DNA of 64,000 nucleotides from an uncultured Gammaproteobacteria bacterium (GTDB lineage Bacteria > Patescibacteriota > Patescibacteriia > Veblenbacterales > UBA10138), in the NCBI GenBank assembly GCA_964348825.1, contig CAYGDX010000001.1, positions 239,463 through 303,462 of the forward strand, given 5' to 3'. The notes beneath the pieces were generated by a model. It had not been told where the DNA came from. It made no database searches and saw nothing but the letters and a program-made list of their open reading frames with translations. Shown here piece after piece: positions 47,325 through 57,210 of this stretch. Positions within the stretch are counted from its first letter, which is position 1, and every line of letters starts with the position of its first letter. The translations under genes were made by a program, and so were the position numbers.

Positions 47325-48509
47325 ATGAATACTTATTCAGCTCTTAAAAATAATATCTGGAAATTATATATAGTTATTGGTTTGCGGTGGTTTATGATAA
47401 TAATGCCGATTATTGTTTTGTTTTACAATAGTATCGGGCTTGCTTTGCGTGAAGTATTTTTAATTCAAGCGGTTTTTTCAGCTACGATTGTAATACTTGA
47501 AATTCCCTCTGGTTATTGGGCAGATGTTTTTGGTCGACGTAAATCAATTATTATTGGTATGTGTTTGGCGGTTTTAGGAATGGCGATTTATTCAGTGTCA
47601 TATGATTTTTATAGCGTACTAATTGCCGAAATTATTTTAGGTGTGGGTGCGAGCTTTGTTTCTGGTGCGGATTCGGCCATGCTTTATGATAGTTTAGTAG
47701 AAATTAATAAAATAGAAAATTATAAAAAAGTGCAAGGTCGGCTTCATGCGGTAGAAAATTTTTCGGAAGGTTTGGCGGCGGTACTAGCTGGTTTTTTGGC
47801 AGTAATTGGTTTACGACTGCCACTTTATATAGAAACAATTGCTTTTATAGTAGCTCTACCATTTGCCTTTAGTTTAGTAGAGCCAGCGCGTCAAGCAATA
47901 AATAAAACATCATCATACGCCCGCGAGATGATGAAGATAATAAAATTTGCCTTGCACGAACACAAAGAATTAAAATGGCTGATTATTTATTCAGCTGTAA
48001 CCGGCGCTACTACTTTTACTTTTGTTTGGTTTGTTCAGCCCTACTGGTCGCAAATAGGATTGCCTTTACCGTGGTTTGGAATTTTGTGGGCGGTACTTCA
48101 ATTTAGCGTGGGGTTATTTTCTTGGGTAGCTGGTTGGTATGAAAATAAAATGGGTCGAAAATTTGTATTAGTTAGTTTTATTTTTATAGCGGCGGCGGCG
48201 TATTTGGGTATGGGGCTTATCCAAAGTTTGTGGGGGATGATTTTTATGTTACTACCGTATTTTGTACGCGGGATAAATAAACCTTTAATTAGTGATTATG
48301 TGAATAAAATAATTTCTTCGGAGTCGCGCGCGACAGTTTTATCAATTAAAAATTTAGGTAGTCGGATTATTTTTGTAATTGTTGGTCCACTGGCGGGCTG
48401 GGTGAGTGATGTGTATTCTTTATCAACCGCCTTGCTTTTATGTGGCACTTTATTTTTGATTTTAGGATTGGGCTCGCTTTTCTTTTTACATAAACATAAT
48501 GGGTTGTAG
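47325..48509 (+). CDS. MFS-type transporter
   Basis: 394 aa with about 12 TM helices, arranged as two six-helix halves. Confidence 0.65.
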   Translation: MNTYSALKNNIWKLYIVIGLRWFMIIMPIIVLFYNSIGLALREVFLIQAVFSATIVILEIPSGYWADVFGRRKSIIIGMCLAVLGMAIYSVSYDFYSVLIAEIILGVGASFVSGADSAMLYDSLVEINKIENYKKVQGRLHAVENFSEGLAAVLAGFLAVIGLRLPLYIETIAFIVALPFAFSLVEPARQAINKTSSYAREMMKIIKFALHEHKELKWLIIYSAVTGATTFTFVWFVQPYWSQIGLPLPWFGILWAVLQFSVGLFSWVAGWYENKMGRKFVLVSFIFIAAAAYLGMGLIQSLWGMIFMLLPYFVRGINKPLISDYVNKIISSESRATVLSIKNLGSRIIFVIVGPLAGWVSDVYSLSTALLLCGTLFLILGLGSLFFLHKHNGL

Positions 48510-48525
48510 CTTTGAGAATAAAAAA

Positions 48526-48597
48526 TATCATTCCCTTGAAAAAGGGAATCCAGAAGAGTTTAATGAGTTGTGGATTCCCGCCTTCGCGGGAATGACA
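48526..48597. repeat. Inverted pair of hairpin repeats (TCATTCCCTTGAAAAAGGGAATCCAG and TGGATTCCCGCCTTCGCGGGAATGACA)
   Basis: Same family as 35740..35818. Confidence 0.7.
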
Positions 48598-48602
48598 AGG
48601 TA

Positions 48603-50015
48603 TTATATAATTTTTTTCACTGCTTCAATTAAGCTCGGTGAGTTATAATATTGCAGTAATTGCTCCGCCCAGTTTTTATCATCTAACTTGATATCTGGCT
48701 CTATACCGCGGCCTTCAATTGGTTGGCCATCGTCGCGTAAGGTTACCGCGCGTACAATCAAAGCCGAGAAAGTTTCATCTTCTGAAATTTTGGTGCGGAG
48801 TGGAAAAAAGTTTTCCACTGTACCTTGCCCACGTGTACTAGTACCAAGTACTACACCTAAATTAAAGCGTTTTAAAGCGGTGGCAAAAATTTCAGCCGAC
48901 GAGGCAGTATTTTTATCAACTAAGGCCACAATTTTCGTAAATTTATCAAGCCCAATTAATTTGTCGGTTTTAGTGCGATAGCTTTCTGGTTCGCCTTGTT
49001 TAAAATAATCATAAGCATATTGATTCTGTCCTAACCAAAAACCTAAAAGGTAAGGTAAGGTTTCTACTGCGCCACCAATATTACCGCGTAAATCAATTAT
49101 CATTGAGCTATTATTGGGCATAGTGGCGGTACCAGAAATATTTTCTTTAAATTCATCAAGGAAAGTAGGGGAGATTTGTTTGAATTTAAAATAGATAATA
49201 TCACTGGCTAATTCTTTTTTATCAATACTTGGCTCAGCGCCAGTTTTATCATAACGAGCTTTTTTGTCGACTTCGCTAAGTGTAGCGAAAGCGCGACTTA
49301 AATCTTTTTTAGTCGCCTCAGCCTCAGGACCAGTTTTATTTAGTAATTCCTGATTTTTAGCTTCGTAAGCTTTTTTAATCTCAGTTTCTGATGCTTGGCT
49401 TGATACACCCAGCACTTTATATAAATCAGCTGATTTATCAATGCCCGCCACTTTGTTACGCAAATCTTTCTCGGCTTTTTGGCTATATAAACGACTGCGT
49501 CCAGCAGGTGTTAAATTGGCTAGCACTAAATCACTGATAGTAACCACGAAATCCCTTTTTTTGTCAGCATCAATTTTATCAATTTCGCGCGTTAAGAGTT
49601 CTGTTAAAGTAGCGCGTGATGGTTTATTTAATGTTTGCGGTTGACCCGAGGCCTTTTCTAAAGCCAGTTTGTAAAGATTAATTAATTTATCGTCATCCAC
49701 CTTTTCCCAATAATTAGCTTGAATTTGCTCATACAGTTCCATTAGGAAAGCGGTGTGCGGTGCTGTAATTTTATTAGCCGACTGGGTGGCTGATTTTTTA
49801 GGTGCTAGAGCAAAACCAAGGCCTGTACCAGCAACAAACATTGCTAGTAAAATAAGAAGGGCCGCATAAATTTTTCGGCGATTAAAATCTTTGTCGTAAT
49901 TTTCCCGCGCACCAGACCCGATATTTTTCGGGACGGTACGGGGCTCCGTGTTGGGTTGTATCATAAAATAATTATAGCATAGTAATTTGGGATTTGCTTG
50001 TGGATAGGTTGACAA
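48603..50015 (-). CDS. S41-family C-terminal processing peptidase-like protein with an N-terminal TM helix and a J-domain-like segment lacking HPD
   Basis: Peptidase motif IIDLRGNIGGAVE and a TASSAEIFA Ser region. The central region DLYKVLGVSSQASETEIKKAYEAKNQELLNKTG is J-like but has no His-Pro-Asp. Confidence 0.65.
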   Translation of the reverse strand: MSTYPQANPKLLCYNYFMIQPNTEPRTVPKNIGSGARENYDKDFNRRKIYAALLILLAMFVAGTGLGFALAPKKSATQSANKITAPHTAFLMELYEQIQANYWEKVDDDKLINLYKLALEKASGQPQTLNKPSRATLTELLTREIDKIDADKKRDFVVTISDLVLANLTPAGRSRLYSQKAEKDLRNKVAGIDKSADLYKVLGVSSQASETEIKKAYEAKNQELLNKTGPEAEATKKDLSRAFATLSEVDKKARYDKTGAEPSIDKKELASDIIYFKFKQISPTFLDEFKENISGTATMPNNSSMIIDLRGNIGGAVETLPYLLGFWLGQNQYAYDYFKQGEPESYRTKTDKLIGLDKFTKIVALVDKNTASSAEIFATALKRFNLGVVLGTSTRGQGTVENFFPLRTKISEDETFSALIVRAVTLRDDGQPIEGRGIEPDIKLDDKNWAEQLLQYYNSPSLIEAVKKII

Positions 50016-50037
50016 AGTATATAAGTAGTGCTATACT
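50009..50037 (+). promoter_or_regulatory. Consensus-like promoter (TTGACA-17-TATACT) not followed by an ORF
   Basis: TTGACA at 50009..50014 and TATACT at 50032..50037. Confidence 0.55.
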
Positions 50038-50043
50038 TTAATT

Positions 50044-50198
50044 GTTAAAAGCTGACTGTGAATGGGGGTCTACAGAGAATGTTCAGGGTACTGTAAGGCT
50101 CGTGCTAATTGGCGCGGTTCATACACTCTCTTTGCTTGAATACCACTATTTTGGTCCCTTCAAGCCTTCTCGCCTCCATCCAGAGTCGGCTTTTTTGT
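50044..50198 (+). ncRNA. Candidate small RNA (about 155 nt) running from the promoter to a weak hairpin plus T6 terminator. 5' and 3' ends are complementary.
   Basis: The 5' GACTGTGAATGGGGG pairs with the 3' CCTCCATCCAGAGTC at about 12 of 15 positions. The transcript ends in AAGCC..GGCTTTTTTG. No coding potential. Confidence 0.35.
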
Positions 50199-50365
50199 TT
50201 AGATAAATAATGTTATAATGTAAGGAGTAAAAGTTAATATATAAATAAAAAATTTATTAAATTGCATAATTCCCAAATCCCAAGATCCAATCCCCAAGTA
50301 GTGCAAAATATAGTTTACTAAATTTTGGGAATTGGGATTTGGGTCTTGGGGATTTATAGTTTCTT

Positions 50366-51955
50366 ATGTCTACTCAAGATGATACAAAATCCATAATTGC
50401 CGGTGCGATTACTAAGAGCACCATAGTAGTTGGTGTTTTTTCAGTGTTGTCGCGCCTGTTAGGTTTGGTGCGTGATCGCTTGCTCGCCTCAAATTTTGGC
50501 GCAGGGCAAGTGCTCGATGCTTATTACGCGGCTTTTAAAATTCCCGATTTCTTTTTTAATTTATTAGTACTTGGAGCGATATCGGCCGCTTTTATTCCAG
50601 TTTATATTAAAATTAAACAAAAAGATGTTACGCAGGCACTTAATTTAAGTTCGGCCTTGATAAATGCCTTGAGTTTGTTGCTACTGATTATTGGAGTAGT
50701 GTGTTTTATTGCCGCGCCACAATTAGTAAGTATACTCACACCAGGGTTTAACAATGAAACAATGGCGCTAACAATTACTTTCACCAGAATAATGTTACTC
50801 GCGATGGTGATTTTTGGTGTTTCCAATGTTCTCGGTAGTTTATTGCAAGCCGAACGTAAATTTGTTAGTTTTGCGGCCGCGGCTCTTGGCTATAATTTAG
50901 GTATAATTTTAGGAATAATTTTGATTGTACCGCTCTATGGTCCAATTGGATTGCCAATTGGGGTGGTGTTTGGAAGTTTACTTCATTTGTTAATTCAAAT
51001 ACCTGAAGTGCGTAAAATTGGCTTTAAATTTAAAATAATACTTTGGCAATCTTGGCTAGATTTAAAAAATGTTAGTCGTTTGATTATGGGGCGTACGGTG
51101 GGGTTGGCCGCTTCTTCTTTAGAACAAGTGATTACGGCTGGTTTTATTTCCACCATGAGTGTGGGAAGTTTGGCGGCTTATAATTTAGCACTTAACTTAC
51201 AAAGTTTTCCGATTAATGTATTTGGTGTGTCGCTCGCCGTCGCCATTTTTCCAGTAATTTCCGAAGCGGCCGCTTTAAATAATCATGAGGAATGCGCCAC
51301 GCATTTTAAACAAGGTATTCGCCGCATTTTATTTTTTGTACTACCACTTGCGATTTTATTTTTAGTTTTGCGCGCCCAAATCGTGCGGGTGGTTTTGGGG
51401 GCTGGTATGTTTGATTGGGATGATACCATTCGCACCGCCAACATTTTAGGATTTTTAGCGTTAGCTATGATATCAGATAGTTTGCTACCACTTACCGCTC
51501 GCACTTTTTACGCCTTTCACGATACTAAAACTCCAGCCGCAACTGCAGTTATTTCAGTAATAGTTAATGTCATACTTTTAATTTCTTTACGCTCGTTTGG
51601 TTTAACTGGTGTGGGTATAGCTTATTTAATTTCACGTTTGGTTAATATTGGGTTACTTTTTTCTTATTTAGGTAAAAGATTGAATTCGCTTGGGCTTGAT
51701 TATATAATGGCAGGAGTAAAAGTTTTTGTGCCGATTGCTTTGGTTTCAGGGGCCGCTACTTATGGTATGCTTCACGTACTCGCGCCGCTGGTGGATATGA
51801 AAACATTTTGGGGTATTTTTGTGCAAGGCGGAGTTGCTGGTTTAGTCGGCGTGGCAAGTTATTTAATTTTAACTACTTGGGCCAAGCTACCAGAGGTGGA
51901 TTTTATGAAGAAGTGGGTGGGGGTGGTGGTTAAGAAGAGTAAGAGTGTGGAGTGA
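50366..51955 (+). CDS. murJ: Lipid II flippase MurJ
   Basis: SRLLGLVRDRLLASNFGAG...DAYYAAFKIPDFFFNLL MurJ N-terminal signature. About 14 TM helices. Length 529 aa. Confidence 0.88.
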   Translation: MSTQDDTKSIIAGAITKSTIVVGVFSVLSRLLGLVRDRLLASNFGAGQVLDAYYAAFKIPDFFFNLLVLGAISAAFIPVYIKIKQKDVTQALNLSSALINALSLLLLIIGVVCFIAAPQLVSILTPGFNNETMALTITFTRIMLLAMVIFGVSNVLGSLLQAERKFVSFAAAALGYNLGIILGIILIVPLYGPIGLPIGVVFGSLLHLLIQIPEVRKIGFKFKIILWQSWLDLKNVSRLIMGRTVGLAASSLEQVITAGFISTMSVGSLAAYNLALNLQSFPINVFGVSLAVAIFPVISEAAALNNHEECATHFKQGIRRILFFVLPLAILFLVLRAQIVRVVLGAGMFDWDDTIRTANILGFLALAMISDSLLPLTARTFYAFHDTKTPAATAVISVIVNVILLISLRSFGLTGVGIAYLISRLVNIGLLFSYLGKRLNSLGLDYIMAGVKVFVPIALVSGAATYGMLHVLAPLVDMKTFWGIFVQGGVAGLVGVASYLILTTWAKLPEVDFMKKWVGVVVKKSKSVE

Positions 51956-51967
51956 GAGTTTTAATAG

Positions 51968-52147
51968 TTGTCATTCCCGCGGAGGCGGGAATCCAGAATG
52001 TCTAATGACTAATTTCTAATATCTAAAAATCACCAAGATTCAAATCCCAATTCCTAAAATTTTTAATTCTAGCTTCTAACTTCTAGATTCAAAACATTTT
52101 TTATTTGAAATTAAAAAAGTTATCTAAATTAAGTTATTAATTATTTC
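51968..52147. repeat. Composite intergenic repeat (minimal hairpin TGTCATTCCCGCGGAGGCGGGAATCCAGAA + AATGTCTAATGACTAATTTCTAATATCTAAAAATC + TCTAGCTTCTAACTTCTAGATTC-type module)
   Basis: Read directly. Family members at 1003, 10578, 43422 and 41887. Confidence 0.7.
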
Positions 52148-53947
52148 ATGTCTGATTTAAACATCCGTAACTTCTGCATTATCGCTCACATTGATCACGG
52201 GAAATCAACTCTCGCGGATCGGTTTTTGGAAATTACTGGCACAGTAGCAAAGCGCGAAATGCGCGAGCAACTGCTTGACCAAATGGATTTAGAACGAGAG
52301 CGGGGCATTACCATTAAACTTCAACCAGTAGAAATGCATTGGCGAGGGCATCAATTAAATTTAATTGATACGCCAGGCCACGTGGATTTTACTTATGAAG
52401 TATCGCGTAGCTTAGCTTGTGTGGAAGGCGCTATTTTATTGGTTGATGCCACCCAAGGTATTCAAGCTCAAACACTAGCTAATCTAGAACTCGCTCGTGC
52501 GCAAAATTTAGTTATTATTCCAGTGATAAATAAACTTGATTTACCGGCCGCGCGGCCCGATGAAGTAGCCGAAGAAGTTGGTGATTTGTTAGGTATAGAT
52601 CCACAAGAGGTTTGGCGCGTATCGGCTAAATCGGGTGCGGGTGTAGCTGAAGTGCTTGATGCAATAATAAAATTAGTACCGCCACCGTCTTTGGTTAATA
52701 ATAAAATTGCGGCGCGAGCTTTGATTTTTGATTCGCGTTATGATGATTACCGCGGTGTAGTAGCGGCGATTAGGGTATTTGAAGGAGCGCTTGCGACCGG
52801 ACAAAAATATCGTCTCTTAGGTAGTGGTGCGACTGGTGAAATATTAGAAGTGGGAAAATTTGTACCACAAGCTAAAATTGTGCCCTCACTTTCGGCTGGC
52901 GAAATTGGTTATGTGGTTACGGGTCTCAAAGATATTCGATTGGCGCGGGTGGGTGATACTTTAGCGATCGGTGAAGGGCAGGAATTACTTGCTAGTTATA
53001 AAGAAGTAGTGCCAATGGTTTACGCTGGGCTATATCCATCAAGTGGTGATGACGCCGAAGAACTACGCGAGGCCTTGCAGAAATTAAAATTAAATGATGC
53101 TAGTTTGCAATTTGAAGGCGAGCATTCACCAGCGCTTGGTTTTGGTTTTCGTTCTGGATTTTTAGGATTACTTCATTTGGATATTACGCGTGAGCGATTA
53201 CTGCGTGAATATAAGTTGGAGGTTATTGTAACTACACCCTCAGTCGCTTATGAAGTTGATTTAACTAGTGGTGAGTCAATTGTAGTTCATAGTGCTTTAG
53301 AACTTCCTTCGCCTGATCGCGTTAAGGAAATTCGCGAACCAGTTGTAAAAGTGGATATTGTAACACCGTCTGAATATTTGGGCAGTATTATGAAAGTTGC
53401 TCAGGATTTCAGAGGTATTTATTTAAATACTTCTTACTTGGGCGCAGAAAACAAAAATCGGCGGGCGATTTTACATTATCATTTGCCACTTAATTCTATT
53501 TTGGTTAATTTTTATGATCAAATAAAAAGTAATAGTTCGGGCTATGCTTCGCTCGGGTATGAATTTTTGGAATATCAGCCGTGCGCGGTGCGAGTGCTTG
53601 ATATTTTAGTGGCTGATGAAATTGTTTCACCACTGGCCACAATTGTTTATATTGATGAGGCGTACCGACGCGCGCGAGTGATTGTTTCTAAACTAAAAGA
53701 TTTGTTGCCACGGCAAATGTTTGAAGTAAAAATTCAAGCGGCTTTGGGTGGAAAAATTGTGGCCTCAGAAAAAATATCAGCTATGCGAAAAGATGTATTA
53801 AAACGGGCTTCATCGGGTGGTGATGTTACTCGTAAGCGAAAATTATTAGAAAAACAAAAAGCCGGCAAAAAACGAATGCGGCTTCAAGGTAAGGTAGATA
53901 TTCCACCCGAGGCATATTTGGCTTTGGTGAGTCGCGAAGACGATTAA
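52148..53947 (+). CDS. lepA: Elongation factor 4 (LepA)
   Basis: NIRNFCIIAHIDHGKSTLADR G1 motif, DTPGHVDF, and the LepA-specific C-terminal domain. Length 599 aa. Confidence 0.93.
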   Translation: MSDLNIRNFCIIAHIDHGKSTLADRFLEITGTVAKREMREQLLDQMDLERERGITIKLQPVEMHWRGHQLNLIDTPGHVDFTYEVSRSLACVEGAILLVDATQGIQAQTLANLELARAQNLVIIPVINKLDLPAARPDEVAEEVGDLLGIDPQEVWRVSAKSGAGVAEVLDAIIKLVPPPSLVNNKIAARALIFDSRYDDYRGVVAAIRVFEGALATGQKYRLLGSGATGEILEVGKFVPQAKIVPSLSAGEIGYVVTGLKDIRLARVGDTLAIGEGQELLASYKEVVPMVYAGLYPSSGDDAEELREALQKLKLNDASLQFEGEHSPALGFGFRSGFLGLLHLDITRERLLREYKLEVIVTTPSVAYEVDLTSGESIVVHSALELPSPDRVKEIREPVVKVDIVTPSEYLGSIMKVAQDFRGIYLNTSYLGAENKNRRAILHYHLPLNSILVNFYDQIKSNSSGYASLGYEFLEYQPCAVRVLDILVADEIVSPLATIVYIDEAYRRARVIVSKLKDLLPRQMFEVKIQAALGGKIVASEKISAMRKDVLKRASSGGDVTRKRKLLEKQKAGKKRMRLQGKVDIPPEAYLALVSREDD

Positions 53948-54267
53948 GTTAAAAATTCAATGATGGGGCGATGGTTAAAATTACCATAGCGAGGGCTACG
54001 ATAATGCTGATTATAACCCAGGTTTTTTCCTGCCAAGAACGTTTGGACATAGTGATGTGATATAATAATGGTAGAGTTTTAACTAATTTATAGTATAACC
54101 TTTTTGATAAAGTTTTGATAGTGTGCAATAAGAATATAGAATTTAGAAGTTAGAATCTCGGATATTTTTGTAATTTCTAGATTCTATATTCTAGCTTCTA
54201 GATTCGCAACAATAATAGTCGCATTAACACTAAGTAATTATTTTAGTAGATTATTTATTCAGAAAAA

Positions 54268-54651
54268 ATGCCTAATAACGAATCCAATTTCTGGTCAATT
54301 GTTACTTCACGGATTTTTTTTACGGTTGCTTTAATCGCAACCGTGGCTTTGGTTTTTGGTATTGTCAAAAGCGCCATTCGTAAGGCCGAAGTATCTAAGC
54401 AAATTCAAGGCCTGCGCTCTGATATTCGAAGTTTGGAAAGTCGGAATGAGCAGTTGGCGCGCTTGATTGATTATTTTAAAACCGACGAATTTAAAGAACG
54501 AGAAGCGCGCTTGCGTTTAGGTTTACAAAAGCCAGGGGAGCAGGTAACAATTATTCCTGGGGTAGAAGATAATAAAAACGAACCCGCGCCGGTTAATACT
54601 CAGGAGAATAGACCCAACTGGCGGAAGTGGTTTGATTATTTTTTTAATTAA
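54268..54651 (+). CDS. ftsB: Septum-formation initiator FtsB/DivIC-like protein
   Basis: 127 aa with an N-terminal TM helix, a coiled-coil, and the motif EAR.RLGLQKPGEQV. Confidence 0.6.
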   Translation: MPNNESNFWSIVTSRIFFTVALIATVALVFGIVKSAIRKAEVSKQIQGLRSDIRSLESRNEQLARLIDYFKTDEFKEREARLRLGLQKPGEQVTIIPGVEDNKNEPAPVNTQENRPNWRKWFDYFFN

Positions 54652-54676
54652 TGTAAAATGCGGGCATGGTAGTTGT

Positions 54677-54750
54677 GCGGGTATCGTATAGTGGTAGTAC
54701 GCGACCTTCCCAAGGTTGTGGCACGGGTTCGATTCCCGTTACCCGCTCCA
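54677..54750 (+). tRNA. tRNA-Gly (anticodon CCC)
   Basis: Acceptor GCGGGTA/TACCCGC, anticodon loop TTCCCAA, T arm ACGGG-TTCGATT-CCCGT, CCA encoded. Confidence 0.8.
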
Positions 54751-54753
54751 TAG

Positions 54754-54829
54754 GCCGAAGTAGCTCAGTTGGTAGAGCAGCGCATTCGTAACGCGCAGGT
54801 CGCGAGTTCGATCCTCGCCTTCGGCTCCA
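54754..54829 (+). tRNA. tRNA-Thr (anticodon CGU)
   Basis: Acceptor GCCGAAG/CTTCGGC, D arm GCTC-AGTTGGTA-GAGC, anticodon loop TTCGTAA, T arm GCGAG-TTCGATC-CTCGC, CCA encoded. Confidence 0.8.
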
Positions 54830-54832
54830 TGT

Positions 54833-54872
54833 AAAAATCACTTTCATAGTAATGAAGGTGATTTTTACTTTT
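54833..54872 (+). terminator. Intrinsic terminator after the tRNA-Gly/tRNA-Thr pair
   Basis: AAAATCACTTTCAT...ATGAAGGTGATTTT stem followed by TTTTACTTTTT. Confidence 0.65.
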
Positions 54873-54906
54873 TCCACAATCATTTTTATGGTATAATAAT
54901 TTAGCT

Positions 54907-55593
54907 ATGTCTTTAATTGAATTTCGCAATGTGGCTAAGTACTATCCGGGTAGTGTAGTGGCGCTTAAGGATATTAATTTAAATATTGATGCTGGAGAAT
55001 TTGTTTCTATTGTCGGCCAAAGTGGTACTGGTAAAACCACTTTGGTTAAATTGTTAATTGCTGAAGAATTATCATCGGAAGGGCGAATTATAGTGGGTGG
55101 TTGGGATGTTACTCGTTTAAAATCACGCGAAGTACCAATTTTGCGCAAGCAAGTGGGCGTGGTCTTCCAAGATTTCAAACTATTACCGCGTAAAACTGTG
55201 TATGAAAATGTAGCTTTTGCGGTGGAAGTTTCAGGTGAATCAGATGAGCAAGTACAAAGCGTAGTACCTCATGTTTTAAAAATAGTGGGCTTAGAGCACA
55301 AGGCCGATCGCTTTCCACACGAACTTTCGGGTGGTGAGCAACAACGAGTGGTAATCGCACGTGCGCTGGTGCATCGACCTAAAATTTTAGTGGCCGATGA
55401 GCCAACTGGTAATTTGGATTCTATTAATACCGCGGAAGTAATAGATATTTTAAAAAAAATTAATGAGCTTGATACCACGGTTATTTTGGTTACGCATAAT
55501 AAAGAAGTAGTGAATGCTTTAAAGCGTCGGGTGGTGGTGATGGAAAAAGGCAGTATAGTTTCCGATCAAAAGAAGGGAAGATATCTTTTGTAA
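54907..55593 (+). CDS. ftsE: Cell-division ATP-binding protein FtsE
   Basis: Walker A GQSGTGKTTL, ABC signature LSGGEQQRV, Walker B ILVADEPTGNLD. Adjacent to ftsX. Confidence 0.88.
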   Translation: MSLIEFRNVAKYYPGSVVALKDINLNIDAGEFVSIVGQSGTGKTTLVKLLIAEELSSEGRIIVGGWDVTRLKSREVPILRKQVGVVFQDFKLLPRKTVYENVAFAVEVSGESDEQVQSVVPHVLKIVGLEHKADRFPHELSGGEQQRVVIARALVHRPKILVADEPTGNLDSINTAEVIDILKKINELDTTVILVTHNKEVVNALKRRVVVMEKGSIVSDQKKGRYLL

Positions 55594-55657
55594 AATTCGA
55601 ATATCGAAATTCGAAATCTGAAATTTTTTTGTTCTAGTGTTCTAATGATCTAATGTT

Positions 55658-56575
55658 ATGATTCTAGTTTCCATCAAACGTATATTCATTTTTGCCCTCC
55701 AAAATTTTTGGCGGAATATTTGGTTATCGGTTGTTACCGTTACCATTATGATTTTGTGTTTGTGGTCAATAGTTTTGCTTGGAGTTTTAAATGCAGTTTC
55801 GCAAGAAGCCCTTGCCAAACTCGCTGAAAAAATTGATATTGCGGTATATTTAAAACCAGATTTAAAATCTGAGCAAGTGGAAAATATGAGAGTGGATTTA
55901 GCTAAACTACCCACTGTTAAAAAATTAGAAGTTATAACTGCCGATGAAGCGATTAAACGTTTTCAAGACAAACACGAAGGCAATGCCGCTATTAAACAAT
56001 CGCTACTAGATTTAAAAAATAATCCGTTTGGTGCCACCATCATTATTAAAGCTGGCAATGAAGAAGGTTATAATAAAATTTTAACAGCGCTGGAGGGTAG
56101 TCGCTTTAAACCATTTATCCAATCAGCTAAGTTTGATGATTATCGGCGGGTGATAAAAGAAGTCGGCACGTGGGTGACAAAATTAAAAAATATCGCTGGT
56201 GGATTCAGCTTGTTTTTCTTATTGATTACACTGCTCGTGGTATTTAATACTATTCGTATGAATATTTATACGCACCGTGAAGAAATTGCTATTATGCGGC
56301 TGGTAGGAGCAAGTAGTTGGTTTATTCGCGCACCGTTTTTAGTGGAGGGTGTTATTTATGCCGCGCTTGCCACGTTACTTACGGCGGCTATATTTTTTCC
56401 ATTACTTTCTGCGGCTCAGCCGTATGTAGATGCTTTTTTGGGTGGACTAACAGTTGATTTGGTAAGTTATTTTAAAGCGCAATCAGTATTCTTTTTTGGT
56501 TGGCAGTTCGTTGGTGCTTCAGTTTTGAGTATTTTAGCAAGTACAGTGGCGATGAGAAGGTATCTTAAGGTTTAA
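55658..56575 (+). CDS. ftsX: Cell-division permease FtsX
   Basis: 305 aa with four TM helices and a large periplasmic loop. Located directly downstream of ftsE. Confidence 0.85.
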   Translation: MILVSIKRIFIFALQNFWRNIWLSVVTVTIMILCLWSIVLLGVLNAVSQEALAKLAEKIDIAVYLKPDLKSEQVENMRVDLAKLPTVKKLEVITADEAIKRFQDKHEGNAAIKQSLLDLKNNPFGATIIIKAGNEEGYNKILTALEGSRFKPFIQSAKFDDYRRVIKEVGTWVTKLKNIAGGFSLFFLLITLLVVFNTIRMNIYTHREEIAIMRLVGASSWFIRAPFLVEGVIYAALATLLTAAIFFPLLSAAQPYVDAFLGGLTVDLVSYFKAQSVFFFGWQFVGASVLSILASTVAMRRYLKV

Positions 56576-56658
56576 TTTGTATCACTAGAACATCAGATCA
56601 TTAGAACATAAAAACAAAAAATTAAAATGCCCTAGTGTTTTAATGTTAAAGTGTTATT

Positions 56659-57021
56659 ATGATTAATTTTACTACCAAACATTGTGTTCCTTGCGAAGGT
56701 GGAGTTGAGCCACTTGCGCCCGCTAAAGTGCAGGAATATTTATCCGCTGTTACAGGTTGGGAAGTTTTAGCGGACAATAAAAAAATCTGGCGGGAAATTA
56801 TTTTTAAAGATTTTGTGACGGCGATTAGCTTTATTAATAAGGTAGCGACTTTAGCGGAAAGTGAAGGCCATCATCCCGATTTACATTTAACTAGTTGGAA
56901 TCATCTTAAAGTAGAATTATGGACACACGCGATTGGTGGGCTCTCAGATAACGACTTTATTCTCGCAGCGAAAATAAACTCCCTAAACCAAACCCTTGAC
57001 GATGGAGGTAAGAAAGTATAA
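56659..57021 (+). CDS. Pterin-4a-carbinolamine dehydratase
   Basis: EGHHPDL motif. Length 120 aa. Confidence 0.8.
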   Translation: MINFTTKHCVPCEGGVEPLAPAKVQEYLSAVTGWEVLADNKKIWREIIFKDFVTAISFINKVATLAESEGHHPDLHLTSWNHLKVELWTHAIGGLSDNDFILAAKINSLNQTLDDGGKKV

Positions 57022-57105
57022 AATCTAGTAGTTAAAAATGTGACTCAAATCCAATTTTATATTACTTAATGTTCTAATGATTTAGTGTTTAAGTGATAAT
57101 TTTAT

Positions 57106-57179
57106 TGGGGGATCGTCTAACGGTAGGACATCGCCCTTTGAAGGCGAGTATCATGGTTCGAATCCATGTCCCCCAGCCA
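57106..57179 (+). tRNA. tRNA-Gln (anticodon UUG)
   Basis: Acceptor TGGGGGA/TCCCCCA (U1:A72), D arm GTCT-AACGGTA-GGAC, anticodon stem TCGCC/GGCGA with loop CTTTGAA, T arm CATGG-TTCGAAT-CCATG, CCA encoded. Confidence 0.8.
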
Positions 57180-57210
57180 GCTCGTGTTATTACGAGATGC
57201 ATAAAAAATT

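Noticed and set aside
54644-54883. ORF 54644..54883 (-), 79 aa
   Set aside because: It overlaps tRNA-Gly and tRNA-Thr on the opposite strand, so it is spurious.
55632-56612. GTTCTAATGATCTAATG-type motifs flanking ftsX (55632..55658; 56585..56611; similar at 57071..57095) as possible terminal inverted repeats of a mobile element around ftsX
   Set aside because: The copies are only partly reverse-complementary. ftsX is a core gene in canonical ftsEX context. These are more likely low-complexity AT-rich regulatory words, so this is mentioned but not called.
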